From Candidatus Caldarchaeales archaeon (lineage in GTDB: Archaea > Thermoproteota > Nitrososphaeria_A > Caldarchaeales > Wolframiiraptoraceae): DNA of 64,000 bases. Numbering within the stretch: the first letter of the stretch is position 1; each line of letters opens with the position of its first letter. The position numbers and the translations under genes were made by a program. The DNA is taken from positions 19,811 to 83,810 of the forward strand of contig JBCNVN010000004.1 of the NCBI GenBank assembly GCA_039630055.1. The letters run 5' to 3'. The notes under the pieces are model-generated. The model was not told where the DNA came from and ran no database searches. It saw nothing but the letters and a program-made list of their open reading frames with translations. Below are positions 29,982-40,253 of this stretch, in pieces.

Positions 29982-30413
29982 ATGGAGAGATGCCAACATG
30001 ACTATGTTTACGGAGGTCTCTTAAATATCTTCGATGGAGAGATACTACTAAAAGTGATCGAATACTGGAAGTGTAGGAGGTGTGGAATAATCAGAGCTAG
30101 TTTTAGGACCATGGATACAGTCTCATCTACATATGGCATGCTCCCGGAACCTACATCAGTTGAAGAAAGATGGATAGTCCTAATATGTGGATATAAGAAA
30201 GATGCAGAACTTTATTCTATTAAGATAGGAGATGAAATTTTACATGGTTGTAGAGGTGGTGAGATAAAACTCCACGTTTATGAAGGATGGAAAATTAAGA
30301 GTATTGATGGAGAAGAGGTAGTAGGCCACTATAGCTTCCTCCTTGAGGAGGTCACTGCAGGATATATTGACCTATCGAGAGAGCCATTGAAGATTGTTGG
30401 TGTCCGGCATTAA
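29982..30413 (+). CDS. Hypothetical protein, possibly Zn-binding
   Basis: RBS GGAGTG, co-directional with the MBL gene, and CxH...CxxC residues. Confidence 0.7.
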   Translation: MERCQHDYVYGGLLNIFDGEILLKVIEYWKCRRCGIIRASFRTMDTVSSTYGMLPEPTSVEERWIVLICGYKKDAELYSIKIGDEILHGCRGGEIKLHVYEGWKIKSIDGEEVVGHYSFLLEEVTAGYIDLSREPLKIVGVRH

Positions 30414-30443
30414 ACAACCCCTACTTGTCCTCAGCTATCTTTT

Positions 30444-31634
30444 CTAGAGTATTACATCTTTCATCTTTATGAGCTCTGTATAGGTCTTCTCTATATCTTC
30501 ATCATTATTGTAGAAGTCTACTGATATTCTAACTATACCTGGCCTAGCCGAGACCACGACCTTCTTCTTGGATAATTCTTCTACAACTTTATACGGATCT
30601 CTTGCATATAGGCTTATTATCCCACTTCTCCTATCTTCTCTGATTGGAGAATAGATCTTAAAACCGTTATCGACTAATTCATCTATCATCATAGAGGTCA
30701 TCTTCTGTATTCTTCTCCAATTCGATTCAATGTTAAGCTTTCTAAAGTATCTGAGCGATTCTGCTAAACCTACTATGCTGGGTCCAGACCAGCTACCCCA
30801 TTCATATCTAGATGCAGAACTGGAGGGTTCAGCATCCAATAGAGGTAGAGGTCTTTCGAACAATCTACCTTCACCTCTGGTCATCCTATCTACTACTGAG
30901 TCTTTTACACCAAGCCACCCTATCCAACACCTTGTAAATACTGTATCTAGTAGCTCCTTGTTTATGTATAAGAAGGCTGCACCACTAGGTGCGAGAAGCC
31001 ATTTATATGAACCGCATAAAGCAATGTCTACTCCAAGTTCTTTCAAGTTTAGTGGAAATACTCCTACAGCATGGAATATATCGCTTATTAATAATGCTCC
31101 TTTTTCATGGGTTATCTTAGAGATTTCTTTTAGATCTTCTCTATACCCACTCAGCCATCCAACCATATCTACTGATACTATGATGGTCTTATCATCTATA
31201 AGCTTCTCATACTCTTCTAGTGGTATCGATCCATGCCTATACCTTGCTACCCTAATCTCATCAACTAATCTGTTCCTCAAAGTAGAGGAGAATACATTAA
31301 AGTTTGTTGGGAAGTTATGTTCAGCAAGTACTATATTAGAGTCATTCCTCCACTGGATAGAGGAGGCGATAGCGATTAAACCAGTAGAAGTATTCGGTAT
31401 AACTGCGATTTCATCATCTTTAACTCCGATCATGTCTGCGAAGAGTTTACGAGATTCTAATACATCTTTTATTACTCTTTCCCAGTCTTCTCCATCCATT
31501 AGCCAACTATTCAAAAACTCCTCCACAACCATGTGTACATGCTTAGATATGGCCCCGCTAGAAGCAGTATCAAGATAGGTATATCTTGAGAGTAGGGGGA
31601 AATCCTTTCTTATCTCATCATAATTCATAGACAA
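30444..31634 (-). CDS. Class V PLP-dependent aminotransferase-fold enzyme
   Basis: YLDTAS, NTSTG, SDIFHAVG and PLP lysine in SYKWLLAP. No desulfurase Cys motif. Confidence 0.88.
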   Translation of the reverse strand: MSMNYDEIRKDFPLLSRYTYLDTASSGAISKHVHMVVEEFLNSWLMDGEDWERVIKDVLESRKLFADMIGVKDDEIAVIPNTSTGLIAIASSIQWRNDSNIVLAEHNFPTNFNVFSSTLRNRLVDEIRVARYRHGSIPLEEYEKLIDDKTIIVSVDMVGWLSGYREDLKEISKITHEKGALLISDIFHAVGVFPLNLKELGVDIALCGSYKWLLAPSGAAFLYINKELLDTVFTRCWIGWLGVKDSVVDRMTRGEGRLFERPLPLLDAEPSSSASRYEWGSWSGPSIVGLAESLRYFRKLNIESNWRRIQKMTSMMIDELVDNGFKIYSPIREDRRSGIISLYARDPYKVVEELSKKKVVVSARPGIVRISVDFYNNDEDIEKTYTELIKMKDVIL

Positions 31635-31686
31635 TATTTTTCAATGGTAAAAAATAAATCCTTATAGTTGTAAGGAGATAGGTATT

Positions 31687-32832
31687 TTAGGAGACTGGCT
31701 CGTAGATTATTCCGAGCATCTTTGCATAATTGTAGGCTTCTGCAATCTCCTCTCCGTACAACCTTCTAGAGATGTCTCTGTATAAGTGTGGTTTCATTAC
31801 TACTCGATACTCTGGCCTATACTGTTCCATGATATTTACTAGAACCTTATCACCTATATGGTCTGCTATCCACTGAAGGATTGGTTTAGTATCACATTCT
31901 ATATGATTAGGCATTACTAGATGTCTGATTATCATATCTCCATTCTCTGAAGCTATAAGATGGTTCCTGGTTACAACCTCTCTATAACCCTTCTTTACAC
32001 CTACTCTAGATAGCCTCCTCGCACATTCATTACTCCAATACTTGAAGTCAGGCAACCATATATCGATAACATCCACTAATAGCTTCATAGCTTCTTCACT
32101 CATATACATGTTACTGTTCCACAGTATCGGTACATTCACATCAAGATGCTTAAGAGATTCAAGTATTACGTGTAGGTTGGGGGTTGGTTCACCACCCACA
32201 TAGTTTATATTAGCAGCCCCCTCAAGTCTAAGCCTCTTTGCTATAGTAGCAAGTCTCCTAGCATCAGATTCAACTCCAGCTTCTTCTACCCCTCCCGCTG
32301 GCTGAGAAATATCCCAATTCTGACAGAATACACAATGGAAGTTACATGATGTAAAGAATATTGTTCCTGAGCCTCCCTTACCTTCGACACCTATTAGAGG
32401 TGCCTCTTCACCATAATGATGGAAGAAGCTTGAGATATATGCTCTATGATCTAGCTTGCATACCCCTCTCTGACCTCTCGTTCTATCTATACCACATCTC
32501 CATTCACAGAAGTGGCAACTCTTCAACATCCTCCTAGCTAGCTCGATCTTCAAATCTAGGAAAGAAGGTTCGGTAAACCTAGTCTCGATACCTCTAGATC
32601 CTTTCTCAAAATATTCCTCGAATAATCTTGATGAATCAACATGTAATTCATCGTTTAATCTCCATAATTCATCTACTGAAGCCTTATCTAGATCAATATC
32701 GACAGGGATCGTCTTTAGTATCATGAACTTGGCAGGCGTATTGTTAAGCATCACAGACCTATACCATCTCAACCTCTTTCTTACTTCATCGTTACGCCAG
32801 ACCATTACCGCATCTGGTCTAAAGAGAAGCAT
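31687..32832 (-). CDS. PflX-like radical SAM protein
   Basis: CHFCEWRC, GSGTIFFTSCNFHCVFCQN, GGEPT and RHLVMP. Confidence 0.9.
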   Translation of the reverse strand: MLLFRPDAVMVWRNDEVRKRLRWYRSVMLNNTPAKFMILKTIPVDIDLDKASVDELWRLNDELHVDSSRLFEEYFEKGSRGIETRFTEPSFLDLKIELARRMLKSCHFCEWRCGIDRTRGQRGVCKLDHRAYISSFFHHYGEEAPLIGVEGKGGSGTIFFTSCNFHCVFCQNWDISQPAGGVEEAGVESDARRLATIAKRLRLEGAANINYVGGEPTPNLHVILESLKHLDVNVPILWNSNMYMSEEAMKLLVDVIDIWLPDFKYWSNECARRLSRVGVKKGYREVVTRNHLIASENGDMIIRHLVMPNHIECDTKPILQWIADHIGDKVLVNIMEQYRPEYRVVMKPHLYRDISRRLYGEEIAEAYNYAKMLGIIYEPVS

Positions 32833-32906
32833 GCTTAAGCCCTCTAATCTCTAGGTATATATCACCAAGTATTATTATAACATTTTTCTAAGACTTAATC
32901 TTTAGA

Positions 32907-33302
32907 ATGGTTATGAGTGGTGGGAGGCATAGCTACAAGGCTTTAAGATACTTTACGAAACTCTCCGATAGAGAGCATGCCATATTTGAGGCGGGAATAG
33001 CGTTAGCATCTATATTCCATCAACTTGTAGGCATGCCATTAGATATCAATTCGATCAAAGAAATAGAGAAGGCATTGAGTAATACATTCTCTTCCCAACC
33101 TTTTAGGAAAACTGTTGAGATAAGGATTAGGGAAGATTATGTTAAACGTGGATTCGAGGAGCCATACGATTATGGGGTAATCACCCCTGAGTCTCTAGAT
33201 GTAAGAGTTTTAATAGAGTATGGAGAAGCGAGGGTTTTAGCTAGGCTAAATTGGATAGATGATATAGGTTATCCACTAATGTATGTTGAAAAAGTTACTT
33301 AG
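32907..33302 (+). CDS. Archaeal dihydroneopterin aldolase family protein (MptD-like)
   Basis: REHAIFEAGIAL..IFHQ..G.P and C-terminal YPLMYV. Confidence 0.85.
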   Translation: MVMSGGRHSYKALRYFTKLSDREHAIFEAGIALASIFHQLVGMPLDINSIKEIEKALSNTFSSQPFRKTVEIRIREDYVKRGFEEPYDYGVITPESLDVRVLIEYGEARVLARLNWIDDIGYPLMYVEKVT

Positions 33303-33490
33303 ACGTCTAGAACTCTAGAGAATTGTGAAGAGGATCTACATTATTTCCGGGCCATACTATAATGGTGAGCGTCTTTAATCTTTAAGAACCTTTTAAAGAA
33401 ATAATAGAATGATTTTTTACAATCTTCATACCAATAAAGGTTCAATCTAACTCTAGGGTTGAATGTCTTGATTGTTCTCTAGATCGTAAC

Positions 33491-34012
33491 CTATTTAAAA
33501 GATGGTAGTTTTACTCCTCTCTGACCTTGATATCTTCCTTTATATGGTTTCTCAACTGCTGAAGAGAGTTTTGCGAATACTACATGTAGGAATCTATCTC
33601 CAGAATAGAGTTTTACTGGGAAATCTCCTCCAACCAGCTCTATCGTTAACTCTCCCTCAAAATTTGCATCTATAATTGTTGGAGGGATGCTTAGACCTAT
33701 CCTAGCATAGCTACTCCTCAGATTAACGAACCCCATCAAGTCTACGGGTAGCTTGATGTACTCGAGTGTATGAAGTAGGACGTGTTCTCTAGGCCAGATT
33801 ATGAAACTGTCTGACACTTCTATGCTATAATAATCCTCTATGTTGCTAGAGTCTCTAGTGTCCAGAGGCTTTGCAAGATTCTTCATTCTTGCTATAGTTC
33901 TACCTATCCTAAGATCGAGTCCATTCTCTCTAACGATAGATTCATGGAAAGGCTCAACGGTAAGTCTTCCATTCTTGATATATGCCCAAAGGTCGAAATC
34001 GCTCAATATCAA
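33491..34012 (-). CDS. dcd: dCTP deaminase
   Basis: MILSD, ENGLDLR, LRSSYARIG, IDANFEGELTIE and Y.GRYQGQ. Confidence 0.93.
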   Translation of the reverse strand: MILSDFDLWAYIKNGRLTVEPFHESIVRENGLDLRIGRTIARMKNLAKPLDTRDSSNIEDYYSIEVSDSFIIWPREHVLLHTLEYIKLPVDLMGFVNLRSSYARIGLSIPPTIIDANFEGELTIELVGGDFPVKLYSGDRFLHVVFAKLSSAVEKPYKGRYQGQRGVKLPSFK

Positions 34013-34094
34013 CCTATATCACTATCTTCACCCAAGAAATACATCTTTAAAATCATGTCTTCATGATAAAGCTTGGATTCCTTTCTAGATATTT

Positions 34095-34883
34095 CTAGGG
34101 TTCGACTTCAATAATATCCATATCTTTTACTACGTATACTCTGCATCCAGTCTCTCTTCTAAGCTTATCTTCGAGAGGACGTTCTCTACCTTCCCAAGCG
34201 GGGTATAGATGTGTTACTAATAGTAGCTTCGGCCGTGATTTCTTCACTATGTCTACTAATTCTTCATCTGAGGTATGTTTACCTAAGAGCATTTCTTTTG
34301 GAAACGAGCATTCATGTATTAGTATGTCAACATCCTTGGCTAGATTAATCATTCTCTCATCATAGACTGTATCTCCAGAGTAAGCTAGACTAAGACCGTC
34401 AACCTCAAACCTATACGCAACACTATTATAGTGTTCAACTGAAGAAGAATATATTTTAAGACTTGACGATTCTACTACGGATCCATCTTCAACCTCATAA
34501 GTATAGAGGTAGTTAGAGTGCTTCATCATCTCTGAAAGATAGCTGTATGCACCGCCATGATGTATCATCTTGTCTAGAAATTCTTTCAATCCAGATGGAC
34601 CATAAACCTCTAGCTTTGGAGGATTTTGCATAGGTCTCCCAAATTCATCGAAAAGTCTAATCTTTATCATGGCGGGTAGATCTAATACATGATCTATGTG
34701 AAGATGGGTGATAAGGATCTTACCAATGCTATTAGGGTTTACATCTCTTCTCCTCAGCTTCTCTATTGTTCCAGGTCCAGAGTCTAATAGGATCTTTCCT
34801 CCTGAGTACTCTATCAAGAATGAGGTTGAGAACCTGGATCTGGTGGGGATAATAGAGCCCGAGCCGAGTACAGTTATCTTCAG
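34095..34883 (-). CDS. RNase Z-like MBL-fold hydrolase, probable CTG start
   Basis: THLHIDH, YSGDT, HECSF, HTS and THLY. The in-frame N-terminus (L)KITVLGSG begins at a CTG at 34883; the ORF track starts at 34817. Confidence 0.85.
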   Translation of the reverse strand: MKITVLGSGSIIPTRSRFSTSFLIEYSGGKILLDSGPGTIEKLRRRDVNPNSIGKILITHLHIDHVLDLPAMIKIRLFDEFGRPMQNPPKLEVYGPSGLKEFLDKMIHHGGAYSYLSEMMKHSNYLYTYEVEDGSVVESSSLKIYSSSVEHYNSVAYRFEVDGLSLAYSGDTVYDERMINLAKDVDILIHECSFPKEMLLGKHTSDEELVDIVKKSRPKLLLVTHLYPAWEGRERPLEDKLRRETGCRVYVVKDMDIIEVEP

Positions 34884-34888
34884 ATTAG

Positions 34889-35566
34889 CTACACCCTCCT
34901 AGATAGGATCTCAACCCAAGGATTTTCTTTGATGAAGGAGGGTAAGAAAATTTTCTCATCTTTAAGGATATTTGAAGTATTCCTTTCCTCTACAAGCTTC
35001 TTTACATTATCAGTGGAGAGCTTAATCTTTTCAATCTCACTTACTCTGATAGCTATCATTTTCTGTTCTTTTTCAAGTCTATCCAGCCTAGCCTCTAGTT
35101 CTTCAAGCATCTTTATTATTCTTAAGATCTCAGATTTTATGAGGGCAAGCTCATACATGTCACGAAAATTACCATTATCCTTTATCAATTCTTTCTTCTG
35201 TTTTTTATCTTCAATCTTTGGGGGAACTATTTCTTCCGCTCCCATCGTATCATATATCACCAGACCTAATCCATGCCTTGCTAATACTCCTTCATCCACT
35301 ACTTTCGAGAACTTTCTTGGAACAGCTAATACTACGCCATCGAATTCTCTTATCAGCTTCTCTGCTTCGATCAATGCTTCATGGATCGTAGACCTCGAAC
35401 AGCATGATTCCTCACTGAGAATATTGACTATTATCTCTCTTCTTCCATCTGAGAGTATGAGCTGACCATCGATACATATAGACTCGTATCTTCTCCCAAC
35501 TTCATGGTAGCCTTCATCTGAGAATAATGTAGATATTATGTCTTCAGAAGTTATTTTCTTACGCAT
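34889..35566 (-). CDS. Arcadin-2-like protein
   Basis: Directly downstream of crenactin, with a coiled-coil segment. C-terminal ENPWVEILSRR resembles the crenactin-binding tail of Pyrobaculum arcadin-2 (EN.WV.IL, recalled). Confidence 0.72.
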   Translation of the reverse strand: MRKKITSEDIISTLFSDEGYHEVGRRYESICIDGQLILSDGRREIIVNILSEESCCSRSTIHEALIEAEKLIREFDGVVLAVPRKFSKVVDEGVLARHGLGLVIYDTMGAEEIVPPKIEDKKQKKELIKDNGNFRDMYELALIKSEILRIIKMLEELEARLDRLEKEQKMIAIRVSEIEKIKLSTDNVKKLVEERNTSNILKDEKIFLPSFIKENPWVEILSRRV

Positions 35567-36836
35567 AGTTTACCCATCCCTCCATCCTCTCCCACCTCCA
35601 TCTAAAATCGTATGGGATAGCATATCCATAAACTATGCAACCCCTCCATACCGAGAATGTTGGGTCTTTAGTGACGATCACTTGAACATTCTCGATCCCC
35701 TTCTCCTTCATCATCAGCTTGACCTTATCATCTGATGTAACTGCGACCCCTTCTAACCCTCTCGGGACTCTCCAGTTAAAGTTTCCACCTGATAGGATTA
35801 TCTTTGAGAAAAGGTGGGGTTGAAGTTCTATAGAGCACTTCTCTACAGCTTCTATAATTGATTCAGCCATATCCGTCATGCCATAAAAGTATGTATCACC
35901 TATCTTTACATCGCTAGGCTTATTCATGCCTCTCTTGAAATAGCTTTGGAAGATCTCATGTCCAGGATTTACAGTATACTCGCCTATTAGGAATCTTGTC
36001 CAGCTCTGCTCTCCTAGATCTATCTTGATCCTCGTACCCTCTATCTTTAATTCCGCTCTAACCTTCTCTGGATTCTTCTTAGCGAACTCTAGTGCTTCCT
36101 CAAGTCTTCTAGGCATGAGACCTAACTGCTCTTTCACTTTTCTTACTAGACCTTCTTCTTTCGCTAAGTCACCATAACCGGAATCCTTTAAGATCTCTGA
36201 AGTTAGTTTGTTTCCATCGGCTCCGCCTCTATTCAAAGCAACTACCGCATTCCTTATTGGGTACATTGAGATCGGACATACTTGAGTATTTCCATGCCCG
36301 CTCTCAACAACTACACATGTGGGGATTTTTTGAGAGATAGCTACAGCTAGAGGTTGTGGTATTATGGTAGCAGCTCTAACCATCATCTTTTCAGAATTCA
36401 TTTCTCCAAGTATGTTGAATAACTCTTCATACATGTATCTTGGAGCTGTTATAGTCAGACTTCCCACGACGTAGAATCCTCTAAAATCTGGATCACTGGG
36501 GATGAAGTTCTCGATAGAATACTTTGTAAGTTCTCTTATTACTCTCCAGGCCTTTACATCGTTCTTCTCTATTAAACCATTCTTCATCGGGTAGATAAGC
36601 CTCTCAGATAGATCTTCTCTCGCCTCAAGGAATGATGGGAGATCTCTGCCTACCACGATATCTCTATTTACACCCATGATCCTAGACATAACAGAACTCT
36701 TATCAATATAATACCCTCTATTCTCAACTACTTCAGGTACCTCCCCTATAGTTATAGGGCCATACTTGAAATCGCTTGTACCATAATCGATCGCGAAGAC
36801 ATGTGATCGTTTATATTCTTCACTCAAATGAATCAA
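35559..36836 (-). CDS. Crenactin (archaeal actin)
   Basis: IDYGTS..KYGPIT, PQPLAVAI, ESGHGNTQV.PIS, ALNRGG, WTRFLIGE, IILSGG.F.WRVP, SVWRG..VYGYA.P and C-terminal EGW. Confidence 0.93.
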   Translation of the reverse strand: MIHLSEEYKRSHVFAIDYGTSDFKYGPITIGEVPEVVENRGYYIDKSSVMSRIMGVNRDIVVGRDLPSFLEAREDLSERLIYPMKNGLIEKNDVKAWRVIRELTKYSIENFIPSDPDFRGFYVVGSLTITAPRYMYEELFNILGEMNSEKMMVRAATIIPQPLAVAISQKIPTCVVVESGHGNTQVCPISMYPIRNAVVALNRGGADGNKLTSEILKDSGYGDLAKEEGLVRKVKEQLGLMPRRLEEALEFAKKNPEKVRAELKIEGTRIKIDLGEQSWTRFLIGEYTVNPGHEIFQSYFKRGMNKPSDVKIGDTYFYGMTDMAESIIEAVEKCSIELQPHLFSKIILSGGNFNWRVPRGLEGVAVTSDDKVKLMMKEKGIENVQVIVTKDPTFSVWRGCIVYGYAIPYDFRWRWERMEGWVNYA

Positions 36837-37366
36837 ACCTCCTTGACCATAAAGTATTCAATAAGTTTTGAGTGGATCATCTTGACAGCATCAACATCTC
36901 TTGAACTAATCCTATATGAGGCTGTCAGTTTTCCAAAGAGTGGATAGGTCTCCAACACGATCTCTACTCCATGGATCTTTAATCTCTTAACCTCATTCAT
37001 TCTAGAGTCTAGATTTAACTTTCTCGCGACTTCCCCAAAATCAATACCTCTAAAAAAATAGTATACATCTATATACCAACATCCACCCCCGTTAACGATC
37101 TGTCTCACAACATCTTTTAGTCCAGCTGGATCTATCAATCCATCTTTATCTCTTAGAGAGAGTATAACTTCTGATCGATCCTCGCTCTCTGCAAGTGGCT
37201 CTAACTTAAACTTCTCCTTCTCTAGCATGTTATCTATCTTCTTCCATCCATGCCGAGATAATGTTGAGAGCAGGTTTTTCCATCCACCAGTGTATTGATA
37301 GAATCTACAGACTAGCCTGATATCAAGGTTGGTCATATCCAGATTACTATCTGATATCTCTGCCAT
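36833..37366 (-). CDS. Hypothetical protein translationally coupled to crenactin
   Basis: Its stop overlaps the crenactin start. Probable start MAEISD at 37366; the ORF track starts at 37423. Confidence 0.7.
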   Translation of the reverse strand: MAEISDSNLDMTNLDIRLVCRFYQYTGGWKNLLSTLSRHGWKKIDNMLEKEKFKLEPLAESEDRSEVILSLRDKDGLIDPAGLKDVVRQIVNGGGCWYIDVYYFFRGIDFGEVARKLNLDSRMNEVKRLKIHGVEIVLETYPLFGKLTASYRISSRDVDAVKMIHSKLIEYFMVKEV

Positions 37367-37438
37367 CCTAGAATATATCTCTTGGAGAGATATCTGAAAG
37401 TGGATAAAAATATAAACCACCACTTTCTTGTATCATCC

Positions 37439-37789
37439 ATGGTTAAGGTCTGGAGAAGGGGCCCATGGATAGACTTTAGAGAGAAGATCTCTATAAAGAC
37501 TTTAAGCTATGGTGAGAACTGTCTTCTAGTACTTTTTAAGATAGATTCTGGTGGGCAGGTTCCATTACATAGTCATCCCCAAGACCAGTATGGGCTAGTG
37601 ATAAGTGGGAGAGGTTACTTTACTTCAAGAGATGGGAATGTAGAAGTAGCTGAGGGAGACTCCTACCATATTCGATCAAATGAAGAACATGGATTTGCTG
37701 CTATAACGGATGTAGTCGTAATAGACATATTTGTACCACCGAGAGAAGACTATCTAAAACTAGCTCGGAGACCAGATGTCGATTACTAG
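37439..37789 (+). CDS. Cupin-domain protein
   Basis: PLHSHPQDQ, GDSY.I.SNEEHG and DIFVPPREDY. Confidence 0.88.
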   Translation: MVKVWRRGPWIDFREKISIKTLSYGENCLLVLFKIDSGGQVPLHSHPQDQYGLVISGRGYFTSRDGNVEVAEGDSYHIRSNEEHGFAAITDVVVIDIFVPPREDYLKLARRPDVDY

Positions 37790-37926
37790 TAGATGAGAGA
37801 TTGAGTTTTCTGAGAGCATAGGTTATGGCCCCATCAATATTTATCGATAAATTTAATGTCTTTTCTGAAATCTAGAGTAGCGTTAAATAGGTCGTAGATC
37901 AAAAGTAGAGAAGGAGAAGGGGGAAG

Positions 37927-40113
37927 ATGCCTAGAATTAAAAAGATCTCAGAGGTGCTGGATATACTCCGTCAAAAAGACCGTATAAGGAATATAGGGAT
38001 TATCGCTCACGTCGACCATGGTAAGACGACTACAACCGATAGCCTATTGGCGGCAGCCGGACTCCTATCACCAGCACTAGCCGGTAAAGCCCTCGCTCTA
38101 GACTATCTTGAAGAGGAACAGCAGAGGCAGATGACGATTAAGGCCGCCAACATCTCTCTCTACTACGAGATGGATGGCAGCCCATACATAATCAACATGA
38201 TCGATACTCCAGGTCACGTAGATTTTAGCGGTAGAGTTACGAGAGCTCTTAGAGCTATAGATGGAGCTGTGGTTGTCGTGGATGCTGTGGAGGGGGTGAT
38301 GACTCAGACTGAGACGGTGATAAGACAGGCTGTTCAAGAGAGGGTTAAACCCGTCCTTTACATAAACAAGATCGATAGATTGATCAAAGAACTGAGATTG
38401 ACACCTGAAAAGATACAGGAGACTTTAGCCAGAATCGTATTAGATGCTAATCGATTGATAGAGATGTATGCTGAGCCAGAGTATAGGGAGAAGTGGAAGG
38501 TTAGTTTTCAAGCTGGAAATGTAGCTATTGGAAGCGCAAAAGATAGATGGGGCTTCACTCTCCAGCAAGCTCAAAAGAAAGGTATAAAATTCTCAGATGT
38601 TCTTAAAGCCTTCAGCAATAACGATCTAGACTGGCTTAGAGAGAATACGCCGCTCCATGAGGCTATACTTGAGATGGTTATCACACATCATCCACCTCCA
38701 CATATTGCTCAAAGGTATAGAATACCGAAGATATGGAGAGGAAATATAGAAGATGAGGTTGGAAAGGCGATGTTAAACTGCAGTGAAGATGGTCCTACAG
38801 TAATGATCGTTACAGATGTTAAGGTAGATCCTCAAGCAGGGATTGTGGCCACGGGAAGATTGTTTAGCGGTACAGTAAATGAGGGGGACAACCTTCTTAT
38901 AGTCGGAAGGAATATAAAGAAGAGGATTCAGCAAGTTACGGTCTATATGGGTCCAAGTAGAGAGATAGTTGGATCTCTCCCAGCAGGCAATATTCCAGCC
39001 CTGCTTGGAATAGAGGAGGCGAGAGCCGGGGATACTCTAGCGACCTATGATGTCGTTCCGTTCGAGTCTCTAAAGTACGTCTCTGAGCCTGTTGTAACAA
39101 TATCTGTCGAGCCGAAACATAGTAGAGACCTACCCAAGCTAGTAGATTTCTTGAACAAACTTAGCATTGAGGATCCTACTCTCGTTACCACAGTGAGACC
39201 TGAGACCGGTGAATACTTGATAAGCGGTATGGGAACTCTTCATCTAGAGATAGCTCTTACATGGATATCCAAGGCAGGATTGGATATCATATCAGGTAAG
39301 CCAATAATCCTCTATAGAGAAACCATACTTGAGAGGGGAAAGGTTTTCGAGGGCAAGTCACCTAATAGACATAATAAGATATACATACAGGTTGAGCCAC
39401 TTGAAGAAGAGATTGTAGAATTGATTAGGAGAGGAGAATTGTTCGATGAGATGGATAAGAAGCAGATGGCGAAGATATTAAGAGACCATGGTTGGGATGC
39501 GGATATGGCTAGAGGTGTCTGGACTATTGATCCTAGGGGTAACATACTTGTAGACATGACCAAGGGAGCCCAATATCTACAAGAAAGTAAGATGATGATA
39601 ATTGGTGGTTTCCAGAGAGTTGTGCAGGAGGGGCCTCTAGCTGGAGAGAATATGAGGGGAGTAAAAGCAATACTAACCCAGGTTGAACTTCATGAAGATC
39701 CAGTCCATAGAGGTTATGCACAGATAGCTCCAGCAACATGGAGAAGTATGTATGCGAGTATTCTAAGCGCAAATCCGATTCTATTAGAGCCTGTGCTGAA
39801 GATAGAGGCGAAGGTTCCTCCAGACCTCATGGGAGCAGTTACCAGCGTTGTTACTTCTAAGAGGGGTAAAATAATGGAGGTAGCTCAACAAGAATACATC
39901 ACTGTGGTTACCGGAGAGATACCTGCTGCTGAAACATTCGACTTGAGCGAAGTGATGCGTGGAGCTACGGTAGGTAAAGCATTTTGGGCCACAGAGTTCT
40001 ATGCATGGAGACCAGTTCCAGCATCGATAAGAGATAAAGTAATAGAAGATATAAGGAGGAGGAAGGGTCTACCACCAAATATACCTAAGATATCAGATTT
40101 CGTAGAAGAATAG
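37927..40113 (+). CDS. fusA: Elongation factor 2
   Basis: AHVDHGKT, DTPGHVDF, NKID, GMGTLHLE and the diphthamide loop HEDPVHRG. Confidence 0.97.
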   Translation: MPRIKKISEVLDILRQKDRIRNIGIIAHVDHGKTTTTDSLLAAAGLLSPALAGKALALDYLEEEQQRQMTIKAANISLYYEMDGSPYIINMIDTPGHVDFSGRVTRALRAIDGAVVVVDAVEGVMTQTETVIRQAVQERVKPVLYINKIDRLIKELRLTPEKIQETLARIVLDANRLIEMYAEPEYREKWKVSFQAGNVAIGSAKDRWGFTLQQAQKKGIKFSDVLKAFSNNDLDWLRENTPLHEAILEMVITHHPPPHIAQRYRIPKIWRGNIEDEVGKAMLNCSEDGPTVMIVTDVKVDPQAGIVATGRLFSGTVNEGDNLLIVGRNIKKRIQQVTVYMGPSREIVGSLPAGNIPALLGIEEARAGDTLATYDVVPFESLKYVSEPVVTISVEPKHSRDLPKLVDFLNKLSIEDPTLVTTVRPETGEYLISGMGTLHLEIALTWISKAGLDIISGKPIILYRETILERGKVFEGKSPNRHNKIYIQVEPLEEEIVELIRRGELFDEMDKKQMAKILRDHGWDADMARGVWTIDPRGNILVDMTKGAQYLQESKMMIIGGFQRVVQEGPLAGENMRGVKAILTQVELHEDPVHRGYAQIAPATWRSMYASILSANPILLEPVLKIEAKVPPDLMGAVTSVVTSKRGKIMEVAQQEYITVVTGEIPAAETFDLSEVMRGATVGKAFWATEFYAWRPVPASIRDKVIEDIRRRKGLPPNIPKISDFVEE

Positions 40114-40253
40114 ATTGTAGAGATTGATTCTTGAAGAAGAATGGAATATCTAGATTATACTGATTCTATAATCATTAATCTAATTCCCTTCATAAATCCC
40201 ATACTAAAAAATCTTTATTGGTGTAAAGTACCATTATAGAATCGAGATGAAAT

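Noticed and set aside
30444-31634. Second cysteine desulfurase
   Set aside because: It lacks the RxGHHC or SGSAC catalytic Cys motif.
39685-39730. Non-canonical EF-2 lacking the diphthamide target
   Set aside because: The His of the HRG motif is present.
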